Source: Gnetum montanum (taxonomy: Eukaryota > Plantae > Gnetophyta). Taken from it: a stretch of 64,000 nucleotides of DNA. A program made the position numbers and the translations under genes. The stretch covers positions 150,742 through 214,741 of the forward strand of contig MNCI01002540.1 in NCBI GenBank assembly GCA_015680685.1, given 5' to 3'. Shown piece after piece: positions 50,526-62,092 of this stretch. Positions within the stretch are counted from its first letter, which is position 1. Each line of letters starts with the position of its first letter. The notes beneath the pieces are model-generated. The model worked only from the letters and a program-made list of their open reading frames with translations. It had not been told where the DNA came from and did not search any database.

Positions 50526-53419
50526 ACAAGGTTGCCAAAACCTAGACCAAATTTGGAAGTCACCTTGACTAAGGCTTGCCTAAAACAAATCTATTCTAAG
50601 GAGGTTAGAAGTATCATTCTTCAAGAACTTAGCTTTGGTCCCTTCTTGGACTTGGCACAAGAAGTGGTAAAGACACAATGAAAAGGATCTCCCATGTGGT
50701 CAATCCTCACTTCTAGTGGGGAGTGATACATGGGTGAGACTTACCTCTTTTGGAATAATCAATAGGTAGACATGATTGTGAAAATCAAGGATATCAAAGT
50801 TTCCTACTTGGTTGAGGCCATTGTAGAGGTCCTCAAGTTGCTCGACACTGGGGAAACTTTGGCAAAAAGTCCTACAAAAGTGAACCCTAACATCAAAAAG
50901 GAATGGATCCAATGGTGTTATGGAATGACCCATAAGAAGCATGGTGCACTTACTAAGGTAGAGAGGGTCTACTTCAAGATTGCAGCCTATCACCTATAAC
51001 TAATGGTGAGGCCAAGAAAAATCATTTTCTTCTCTACTCATGTGTGTGCCACTCTAAGTAGAAAATTCCATGTTAACCTTCCCTAGCTCATATTCCTGGA
51101 AATTGAGAAACGATTTAAAGAGAATGATTAGGGGAGAAAGATACTTCCCTTTCCTTAATTACAAAACTTTACAAAAGGTGAGAAATAACTCATTAGGTAA
51201 ATGACACACTTCATCATGCTTCTGCTACATCTTGGAGGGAGATGATGAAAGACAAGGTGCCTACCAAGCTACTTGAAGAGAAGTGGCCACCACCACCACA
51301 ACCTATTGAAGAAACATCACCAAAGGCTTTTGCAGCAATCAAGCACATGAGGAAGCTCTATGAGAAACTCTTGTAGTAGTAGCAAGGAGGACCACATAGT
51401 GGAGAGCCCTCATTGTATTGGCTAGCATTGAGTCACCTCAATGAAGTAACATGAGTCATTAGTTGGCTAGAAGAGACTTTGTCATTGTTTTGACACAAAG
51501 GATGTAGGCATTCATAACATTGAATCTGAGAGCCTGAGAAGTGATGGTGTTCATCCCTGGATAATAGTAATTCCTAGAGATCTCTAGGAATGTCACCACT
51601 TTCTTGGTGTGCCCAAAGGAGGGTGAGTGGATGACTATCCTAGTGATGTAGCATCATGAATAGGAAACATCAGTAGAGGTGATGGCTAACCAAGTAGCAA
51701 AAGGCTTGAACACTCCTATGGTCACCATGCTAAACATTGCTACACTCAAAGACATGTAGGTGTCTGCAGGAGTAGAAAGCAGGAGGCTAAGTGTAGCCCA
51801 ACATGAGGAGGTGTTCGACCAACTGGTGGGAACCAAGCAACCACTTCCAAAGATCTTTGATCTTTTAGAAATAATCACAACTTCCTAGTCAAAGTTTCTA
51901 GATATCAAGGACAAGCTCATTATTGCAAATGTCCAACTGGAGACAACCACGACCAAAAACCAATGGTTGGCTACTGAAGTTGCAGAATTGAGAGCTCACT
52001 TGGCCAATCTTGTCATTCTCAACCAAGTCATTACATGGGATAAAGCTTGCTTGCAACTTCAAAATAAATAAAAGAGGCTGAGATTGTGAAGGAGATGATG
52101 ATCTTTGATGTGTCCTTATTGGAGGCTTGGCCTTCAACACCGATAAGGACTTGTTGCAAGTTTGCAAGGAGAACCTAACTTTGACTAGAGACATTCACCA
52201 CCATCGTAATGTAGAAGAACCAAAGAACTAGATGGTTGAGTTTGTGAGACAATAGTAGGAGTAGCTTACTAAGGTGAACATGGATTTGAGAAGGTTGGTA
52301 GCTGAGAATCACACTCTCTTAATGGAGGAAGTACATGTGCTTTGCTAGAAAATGATCATTGAGGTAGCTATTTGGAAGAATAAGGACCTCAAATTTAAAC
52401 TAGTGAAAAATCATTACAAGGACCAAGTTGGGCTCCTTAAGGAGGTAAACGAAAATGAAATTTAGTTGGCAAAGGCAAAAATGAATGAGGCCATCCAACA
52501 ACTCTAGCAAAGAGGAGATGTATGGAAATCAATCTTTGATGGATCAAATGTCTACAACAAAGTGGAGATTTGCCTAAAGGAGTTCCAAATTGAGGAGATG
52601 ACAGAATACATGGAGCTTGCCAACCTTCGTTATGCAAACTTAGTAATGTTAGCAATCGGAAGGCCGCAGTTAGAGTTAGAGAAATAGGTGGCCAGCTTGT
52701 ACCTCCTTTATGAGGCCAAGTTCAAGCATCACAAAGATACCAAGTAGAAGCTAGAAATAACTTATGTAGAGCTTGAGGTTCTTAGGAGTTGATTTATAGA
52801 ACAATGATCAATTACTAAAAACTTGGCAAGAAGAATGAATGACTACCATGAGCTATAGAACTTCATCAAGATGTTCAATGTTGAACATAAATAATTCACA
52901 ACTAGGTTTTTCAATGTCAAAGAGCTTTCTCCAGTCATGCCTTGTCTATGGGACATTCCCATACCATCCCACATTGGTGATGCTGTGTGGATTGTGTATG
53001 ATCCATGGAGTGAGGAGGAGAAGATGCAGTCATTGTGGGATGCCTATTCCCTTCCACCTAAAGTAGCAGCTATAGTAGGACAACTGTAACCACTGCCTTA
53101 GCCTAAATCGCCATTTCCATGAGCATTGGAGGTTGGAGAAGGTCCTTCAACACCCTTGGAGCCTCCACCTCCTAGCACTGTATGATCTTCTCTTCATCTT
53201 CAGCTACTAGAGGATTCTAACTATACAATTTTGTAAGGGTGTTCAATTTTGTTCTCTTGAACATCCATTTTTGTAATTGTTGTAATTTTGTATAATTTAG
53301 CACTTAGAGTGAGTCAATCGAGTTAGTTAGTTTGTGATTTCATACCTTCGCATTTTTGTAAGAAACTTGATCCTAATTTTGTTCACTTGAGGATGAGTTT
53401 TCAGTCAGTCGTGGAGGTA

Positions 53420-54239
53420 TGATAAATCACTCTATGGTTTGCATTGACGAGCATGCATCGACGTAGTATTTATCTTTGCCTATATAAATGCATTCTCCCA
53501 TGACATTTATGGCACCATTAAGTCAATAGGATAGCCAAGTTCTTGCAGTTTTCTTCCATCAGAGTTAGAATATTTTAGAAGTGCCTACATTAGGACTTCA
53601 AGGATTGTAAGGATTTTTTTATTGAACATGAATGTACTTGAACGCTTTGATGTGTCGACAATAATGATGAGATTCTTGGAACTCCTTGCAGCACTTTAGA
53701 ATACATTAATGTGTCTATTCATGCACTTTATTATTATGCATTTTATGTTCATGTTCTTAGTTAATTAATATCCTTAATAATCACACACACGTACAATTGC
53801 CTTGAACATACCGTTAATGCTTGCTAATCCTAGCAGTGTTATCACTTAGTTCACCTAGTAGCCTAATACTTGGTAAACAAGTAGCATTCCTAACAAGTTC
53901 AAGATGGGCATAGAAGGTGGGCTCAGATGCTTATGTTAGGATAGTTAGATTAGGACACTAAATAGTGAAATAGTTAGTCATTAATTAATTATATATTTAT
54001 TTCACACTTAGACTAAATAAAATAAAATATAAAATCAATAAAAATTATGTGTGTTCGCTTACATTGAAACATACCCTTGCACTTACACAAGTGAAGCCAA
54101 GAAGACAATGATCACATCTTTAAGTCACTACCTTGTCTATTGTGCATTTAGGAGCTATAGTCCATGGAATTCAATTGGATCGCTAGTGCAACACTTGTGA
54201 TTCATATGGTTGGGTGTAAGAACTACTTGTTGCTCATCA
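53420..54239 (+). repeat. 3' LTR of element A
   Basis: Aligns with 7774..8585; preceded by cttgaggatgag..cagtcgtggaggta; followed by TSD GAAAG. Confidence 0.92.
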
Positions 54240-54725
54240 GAAAGAATACAAAGGCTTGAAACCTCCTACTATTCTTTTATTTTTGATGCACTTCTCCCAC
54301 TTGTAATTGTTCATATATATGAGATCCAAATATTTAAAAGAGTCTACTAATTGCACATTGGTGCCTCCAAAATGGTAGTTATAATAGGTAATTCTCGTAC
54401 CCCAAATCATTAATTTAGGCTTATCGACATTCATTTCAAGATGAGATAAGCAACAATAATTTTCTAAAATTTGCAACATATTTTATGTACCTTCTGTAGT
54501 AGTGGAGATTAAGATAATATGATCTACATACAAAAGAAGATTCACTACTTGGAATTTAATTTTGATAACATAACTATCTTGCTTACTGCACAAGCATTCC
54601 TACATTTCATCAATAAAGATATCAAAGAGAGTTAAAGAAAGTGGAAAATCTTACTTAACTCCAATTTTACTCCATAATTGAAATTTTTTCTCTCAATTGC
54701 TATCTATAATTTCAATAATCACTTC
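54240..54725 (-). mobile_element. Degenerate LINE reverse transcriptase (right half of the element split by A)
   Basis: Minus strand: GVK*DFPLSLTLFDIFID (decayed GVKQGCPLSP), LLLYVDH (decayed YADD), and ORF 54237..54479 with VDSFKYL. Confidence 0.85.
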
Positions 54726-55247
54726 CTTGCAAAATTGACAATTAGCAAAGGAATCATGAGAAAAAGAATAAACTAAATAGGAAAAATTTAATTATTTGTA
54801 AAAAAAAAACTCATTTACATAAAAATTTTTATAATAAGAGTAATGGAAGGCTAATATTAAAAAATAATTTTAATAAAGTTTCTTTTCTATTCTTCTTTAT
54901 TAATTCTTTTTTCCTTTAGCTAGTTGTTTCTATTGTAGTTGTTATGTCCTTAATTCTTTTTCTTTTTCTTTTTCTACAATTAGTCATTTTTTCTAAAACT
55001 AACTATTACCTGCTATATCTCAACTAGATGTTAACTATAATATCATTTATTCTGTCTCTAACCATTAAGAAATCAGTTGCAATTGATGATGAATCTTATA
55101 TGTTTCGAAACTTCTTACAAACAAAAATATACAAGCTATGGATAATACAAATAATTTTTATGTTGATAAGGCATTGTTCATTTCCTTAAAGAATGAAGCT
55201 TAGCATAGTAACCTTATACATTGACATATTCTCCTTCAGGGAGGTAA

Positions 55248-58200
55248 TGTTACACATTGGGCATGTGTCAAGTATGATGGTATGGTATGTTGCTTTGTAT
55301 AATGTTATACTAAGATTAATTACAATATGAGTGATTTCTCTATGTTGGTATGTTCAACTTACTACTTGGATGTGTAATAGACTCTATTTCAATCTCATAA
55401 GCTCAAATGGAATTAAATTTAGACTTCTTGTTTGGAAGCTATGACCTCGCAAATGTTAGGAATAAAATGGTTTATATTTTAATTTTCAACATTACAAAAT
55501 GTAAATTTTTAATTAGTAAAATATGATTGGTTAATTAAAAAAATTACATGAGGCTTTAACCTTTAGCATGCAATACAATCATGGCCATTGAATCTCGATG
55601 TAAGGTCTATTAATACTATAGTTCAATAGTTCATTTGTGGATTCAACAATTAAAAGAATTTCAAAATACGGGAATAGTGAATTAGCAAGCAAGTTGTACA
55701 ATACTATTTTAGTAGCAACAAGAAGAGAAATACCAACCACACAAATCTTTTATTCTTTTTGTACTCTTTATTTGTACCTATTATCCATATGTGTAGAAAA
55801 GGATTTTTGTACCATAAGTTTTAAGTCAAGGGTTTCTACATTGAGTTTATGATATGAATTTACCATACATATTTCTTTTGCATTTAAGTTTGAATATTTA
55901 CAATACAGTTGATTTCTATAATATTGTGAAGGTTTTTTGGTAGTATACTTAGTTGAATGCTCTCCATGAGATTTTTACCTTTGCAAGGTAGGGTTTTACA
56001 TATTTTATCTTGATTTTTTATTCAATGGTTTCTTGATTAAGTATTTATATTTTTTAACTAAAAATTTTCTATATGTATGATTTATTATATTTAAGAATGA
56101 ATTGAGGTTGGTATATGTTTGATTTTGGAATTTCTAAAATATTTCACATGCATAGCTATTCATTGCATATGATTTTCATATTTGTGAGGTAACATGTAGT
56201 GAGCCTTAGTTTCATTATAATGATGTGCTAATTTAATTGCATCAATCCTTAGTTAGAATGAAGTTAGACTATTTGATTACTTATGATTGATGTAATCTTT
56301 GTGTAGTTAAAGAACTTTCTAACATAACATGTTTTAGGTTGTTATTTTTTAAGTTTGGGCAAAATTTTGTGTCAACTATAGATGTTAGTCTTAGTATTAG
56401 TTTGAGTTATATAGGAAAAGTATTGTCACATTACTTTAGGATGTCTATGCTAGTGTCAATTTCTCCTACACATGTACCGCAAAATATGACCTTAAGTGTG
56501 AGTTTAATTTGCACACAGAATTGATGTGAAAAGTGATGTTATGCATCAATTATGAATGTGAGTCCTAGATGCTAATTGGGATTTTGTAGGATAATACCAT
56601 CACATTACTATAGGATGTCCATCCTAGCATTAGTTTAGGTTACACATGAAAATGATATGGATAATTAGTTGTAGACATCAAATTAGGTTACGTACGAAAA
56701 TGATGTCACATCTATCCTAGCATTAGTTTTGGTTACACATGAAAGTAATACAAAACATGATGTTATGCATTCATTATGAATGCCAATTCTAGATGTTAGT
56801 TTAGGTTATATAAAAAAAATGATATAATGTTTGTTTAGGTTACACATAAAAGTGATACAAAATGTAATCTTATATGCCTGTTATGGATGTTATTCCTAAA
56901 TGTTAGTTTGGGTTATGCAAGAACATGATGTCACATCAATTTTGGATGTCACTCTTAAGCATAAATTTGGATTACACATAAAAGTGATGTAGAAAGTGAC
57001 ATTATATGTTAATTTTAGATGTTAGTCTTAGAAAATCATTCTAATGTTAATCCCTAGATAGATGAATGATTACAATTAATAGAGAGCACTAAGGGAGTTT
57101 GATGAGGCATTAACTTTAGCACAAATTGTGGCTAAAAATACTCTCCTACCACTAGTGTGTATAGTCATTCTTTACAACTTGTGTATGTATAATAAATGAA
57201 TATGAATATGTGCATTTATGATTTCATGAATGATTAATGCATAGATTAGCTAGGAACAAGTTTGTGTCATGGCTAAGTGGATGAAAGAGTCCTAAGGTAA
57301 ACATAAGATTCCTAACAATGAATAAGAGGGTGAAAGAGTCTTGCGTTCTATGCATTCCAAAAGGGTTGAAGAGTCATATGGAACATTGTGATGCTAATAG
57401 GACAAAGGAGTCCTAAGGTAACAAACTAGTAACTTGAATAGTAAAGATCAAAAGTTCTAAGACACTAAGTACAAGAGTGGTGAGGTAAGAAAGGCAAGAA
57501 GCTTGAGGCTAAATAACTAAGAGGGTGAGTCATGATGGGATAATGGGTATTAGTATGTGTTTATGTACAAAAATGTTATATCATATTACAATAAGTTAAT
57601 AGTAGTTTTGATACCATATGGTATTGTAGTGGTGGTAAGAAAAGTAGCTTGCTTTTTAAAGATTTGTGTTATATTTGTGATGTTTACACTAGATAAATGT
57701 TTGCTATAAGTTGTTGTTCTAACTTGGGCTATGTAGGATGAGTGTCCATAGTGTGATAACTCCAATTGTATGATCCTATCTACAAATTTCACAAGGAACG
57801 AATATTGTTTATTCTCAATTGATCATGTGGACTAGCTATTCTTATTTAACAATGGAGATGGTGGGCATGGTGTTTAGGATTTAGAGGAACCTAGAAAATA
57901 GAAGTCTATGCTATGAAGTATTATATATTTGATATACTTTGTTTATAGTCTTCTAGTGTCATAACATTTGTTGTTTTGACTTGTTAGATTGGACTAGATA
58001 GATAAATTTGAACTTCATGTATTGCTTGTGCATATTGGATATGGGGATGGTTTTTGAAACATGGGATAATTACTAGTAATACTCTTTTAACCATGACTAT
58101 TTTGATGTATTTGTCTATTACAAAATGCATAATTTGCTTACTTGGACTTTATGAACTTTCTTTTTATAATTAGTAGAAGTTCTCTACATAAATGGTTGTT

Positions 58201-58487
58201 GTTTATTTCATGAATCTTATTGCCTTCTCTTAGGCTCATGGATTTATTTTTGGTTTGTACACTTTAGTAGTGGATAGGTTAGGCTTGTATCAAGGGTTTT
58301 TGATATGAAAATTTTATTATGGTATTATGCCATTGGATTACTTTGATATTTGCATTTCCTTTGGCTTCTTTTTCATTTGAGTATGGAATCACTTATGTTG
58401 TAGCTATGTGACTAGTAAGACTATTGTTTATCAATTACTCTTTTCAAGTAATACCCTACTAATCTAATTAGATAAAGGGGCGTTACA
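55248..58487 (+). mobile_element. Possible old, long gypsy-type LTR remnant
   Basis: Purine tract cagggaggtaa then TGTTACA at 55248; ends GGGGCGTTACA at 58487; internal tandem repeats; CpG-depleted. No partner LTR or TSD confirmed. Confidence 0.35.
56330..57030. repeat. Degenerate minisatellite (gatgttagtttaggttacacatgaaagtgatg..., about 10 copies)
   Basis: ttagtttaggttacacat/aaagtgatg blocks recur roughly every 45-70 bp. Confidence 0.75.
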
Positions 58488-60879
58488 AATATCAAATCTT
58501 TGAATATAGGTACCCTAGATGATATAAATAATAAAATATTTTAGTACAATTTAAATAGAGTATAGCCTTCAAGTATAATTCAAATAATCCATTTATTACA
58601 TGTAATAAAAAAAATTTTGATTCCAAAACTATGATCTTTATACCAAAAGAATGTTGGGTTATTCCCTTTGTTCATTATGTAGTTAGATATACATGATGAT
58701 TATGTAGATATAACATTTTTTATAGGCATTTTTGTCAACAATTCTTAAGTTAATGTTATTACATTATAATGTATTCACTAGGGCACCTTTGATTATAGAT
58801 GTGTATTTACTCGAGACTTTGCAAGAGTGTTTAGATAAGATGTGAACAACAATTTCTTTTGCAAACTGCAAAGCTGGATAATTATGACTCTTTTAGAGTT
58901 GACACTAAAATGCTAGAATAAAGGATGACTAGCAAACAGAAAATATATAATCCATATGTTTAATGATTAGGATGTTTAGAATATGGTTAAACTCTATCAA
59001 GAAAAATTCACAGGGTTGTTAATAGATAGAATATTAGCTAATGTATCTATTTTGCCTTAGTTTTGTTGCATTTAAAATACTCATATACACTATTGTCTTA
59101 CAGTTTCCCCTCCACTTCTTATATAGGTTAATTAAGGTATAAAATCTATAGGTTAATTAATAGATAACAAGAATATTATAATTTAAGGTGTTCTCAAGGG
59201 ATGCCCATCAAAACATTTTAATGAAGATTATTATCTATAATTAAATGCTAATCTTTAAAACAAAGTATAATTACATGAACCATACCATTAAACAATGCTT
59301 AGTTTAGCAATTAAAACATATCCAAGTAACATAATTAATCTTGTACAATAAAATGATCATTTCATAATCTTTTTAATGTTTACAATTTTTCTAGAGACTT
59401 CAAGGTATATTAGGGTGTTTAGCCTTTGGCATAACTTAAGTCAAGTATAAAGGTTCTTCAAGTATTACCTAAACTAAACCTCTTACCTACACTAAACCTC
59501 TTACCTACGTAACACTTGTCAAACAACAAAATAACTAAATTGAGGAACCTATCATTGAGTAGGAGATATCCCACTATGAGTTTTATTGTTTAATGTATCA
59601 ATTTTTAAATTTAGATTAATTCTAAAACATATTTTGTAATATGTTAATAAAGTTTGTAAATCATAAATTATGAGATAAAAACAAGGTGTTAGCTTAATAG
59701 CTAGAGTTTTGACATCTCGGTGAAGATAATTAAATAAATGATAGAATAATAATGTACTTTAATTAATGTCAATAAAAAGTATCTTTAAGTAGTTAGCTTA
59801 TTATTTAATTAAAAAGTTTAGCAAAAAGTTTACCCATTAAAGCATCAAAGGAATGTTTAAGTCCTGTTAAACATGGAGTGGGCATGAAATATGTGGCTAC
59901 AAACACATTATAGGTACTGCTTTGTGGGTAAACCGTAAAATATGGCGCTACATCTTGATGCCTCCAAGATTTTACCGTTGCCATATACCTCAACCTATCA
60001 ACCTATCTCTTGACCTGTTGTTTTGTTTTTCCGGGATGGCCCCGTCATAGCATTTTTTCTGAGCTTTTACCTCTGCTCATTTAAGTGGTGCCGGGGTTAG
60101 AATCTCAAAAATGCAACAGCTCTCATGTAACAGTTTCGGTGCTTATAAACTTTGCAGTGGATAGTGCTTATAAACCTTTTAGTGAATATGCGTCAGAGGT
60201 ATGTGCCATCATCGGCTACGCCACCCTGAGGTATATTTAGGTGCTGGTGCGTAAATATTGCACATCCATCAGGAACGCTGAACAAGTTCAGTAGGCCACC
60301 AAAATTCACAGGCCATCAGATTCGGGTACACAGAAATTAAAATTAATTATAATAAAACTGTTTTATGTTCACCGTACAGCAAGGAAAGATATATGGCTAT
60401 TTTTGAGAACTCCGAGTCGCTTTCAAAAGCAAACGCTTCAGGTTTTGAGGTGGCCACGATGGCGGGGAAATTTTATAGTAGAAATGGGTGCAGCCTTTGC
60501 CGCGCTGTCACCCAGCATCCTCCGGTTATTGTTCTCGTCTAACGCAGCAGAATTGTTCATGTGTTTCAATGGCGTCCATGTACCACGGTTCAGTTTCAAA
60601 TCGTTTCATTCAATGACACGGTGTTGTGGTTAAAACAAGCCAATCGGAACCGAACCCAGAAATTGCCTTTCCATTAAAAAGTCAAATTTGGGATCATTTT
60701 TAACCATCAGTGCAAAACATTGCTTTCCTGTGTGAAAGCTATGGATTATGATAAGTATTTAATGTAATGTTGGGATTGCTTTCCTGTGTTGAATAGTTAA
60801 AAGTGACGTTTGGTTTGCAACTTGTCTACATTGCAATCACTAATGTGAGATTTCATGCCTTACACAAGCATGGCTTCAT

Positions 60880-61790
60880 TGGGTTCTAGCTAGGATTGAA
60901 TATTCAATTTTCACATCAGGGACCTTGTGCATGGACGTATATATAGAGACATTACCTATGTAACAATCATCACAATTCTGCCTTGAATTGTAGGTTCAAA
61001 TTTAACATCATGCACATGATACATGGAAGTATATTAAAAACATTTGCCTGCATAACAATAATGATCATTTTTAGCTTGGATTGTAGGTTCAAATTTCACA
61101 TCATGCACATGAACAAGGAATCAATAAGGATAGACATAGACAAGAATATGATAAGTTGTTTAAGGATTTGTATAAATTATACACTTTATTTGAAAAAGAT
61201 CTTTAATTTTGAATTTATTTTAAAAGCAAAAGCAAAATATTCTATGGCAAGTATTGATTTACTTACTTTAAATTTTATCTCTACATAAAAGCATTCCTAA
61301 AAAGCATATACCTACGTTACTTAGAAATGAATATGGCCTACAATAGGTAAGGGCAACTCATAATGGCCTAATCATGTAACTACTTTGGAATCACATTGTT
61401 ATCAAATCATGTACCTATTTAAATTATTTTTTAAGTTGAAGGATAATATGATGATACATAATAGTATTATACATGGTGAAGGAAACATACCACAATAATG
61501 GACATGAGGAAAGTGCTAATAGGTGATGAGAAAATAAAGTGTATATTGTATGTTCAAATTTCACATCATGTAAACGACACGTGGAAGTATATTAAAAACA
61601 TTTGCCTTTGTAATAATAATGATAATTCTAGCTTGGATTGTAAGTTCAAATTTCACATCATGCACATGGCACATAGAATTAGCAAGGATACCAATTGATA
61701 TGATAGGTTGTTTAACGATTTTTTTTTTTAAATTGGAAAAAGATCTTTAATTTTAAATTCGTTTTAAAGGCTAATGATTCATAATTTTCC
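60880..61790. repeat. Degenerate tandem repeat of about 92 bp in two duplicated blocks (about 60990-61230 and 61550-61780)
   Basis: gttcaaatttcacatcatgcacatg...ggaagtatattaaaaacatttgcct...agcttggattgta occurs repeatedly, followed in both blocks by aaaaagatctttaatttt. Confidence 0.8.
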
Positions 61791-62092
61791 ATACTCGATA
61801 TCAAGCCCCTAGATGCATTATTGGATATCCCATATTGGGGAGTATGGGCCGACCTATAAATATAGCGCTTGGGCGCACGGTTTGGGTAATAGTTTTGCAT
61901 AGTTTTGTTAATAGAATAGTTGAACTCTTGCAGTTTTATTCCATAATCTTATAGAACAATCAGTGAGTGCTCATAGAGTGGATTTGAGTTAGTTGTATGG
62001 AGTCTTATTCAAGTGGCAATGTGCCTGAACATATTCCATGAACAATAATAAGATCGAGATTGATTCTTATTCATTACAACACTTTGACTTAG

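Larger units (their letters stand above)
45360..53185 (+). pseudogene. Element A 3' accessory ORF (transposon-protein-like N-terminus, long coiled coil), split by element E
   Basis: Coding-like sequence 45360..45559 and 50531..53185; ORF 50772..50999; frame ELEK*VASLYLLYEAKFKHHKDTK*KLE...PIPSHIGDAVWIVYDPWSEEEKM is conserved in element F (63350-63950, minus). Confidence 0.7.
7774..54239 (+). mobile_element. Element A: Athila-like Ty3/gypsy LTR retrotransposon (about 13 kb net) hosting nested elements B-E
   Basis: LTRs 7774..8585 and 53420..54239 (TGAT...ATCA, alignable throughout), perfect 5-bp TSD GAAAG (7769-7773 / 54240-54244), decayed tRNA-Asp PBS at 8587..8604, PPT-like tract before 53420, gag-PR-RT-RH-INT order. 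Confidence 0.93.

Noticed and set aside
52839-53066. Cys-rich ORF (CLVY..LCGLC..RCSHCG) resembling a RING finger at the end of the A accessory ORF
   Set aside because: Wrong frame: the frame continuous with the coiled coil and conserved in element F reads PIPSHIGDAVWIVYDPWSEEEKM, and the cysteines are not in that conserved frame.
56330-57030. Repeat arrays (also 46204-46353) superficially like CRISPR
   Set aside because: Eukaryotic TE context, degenerate units without unique spacers, no cas genes.
58488-59850. Possible DNA-transposon remnant in AT-rich DNA
   Set aside because: No TIRs, TSD or translatable transposase motif found.
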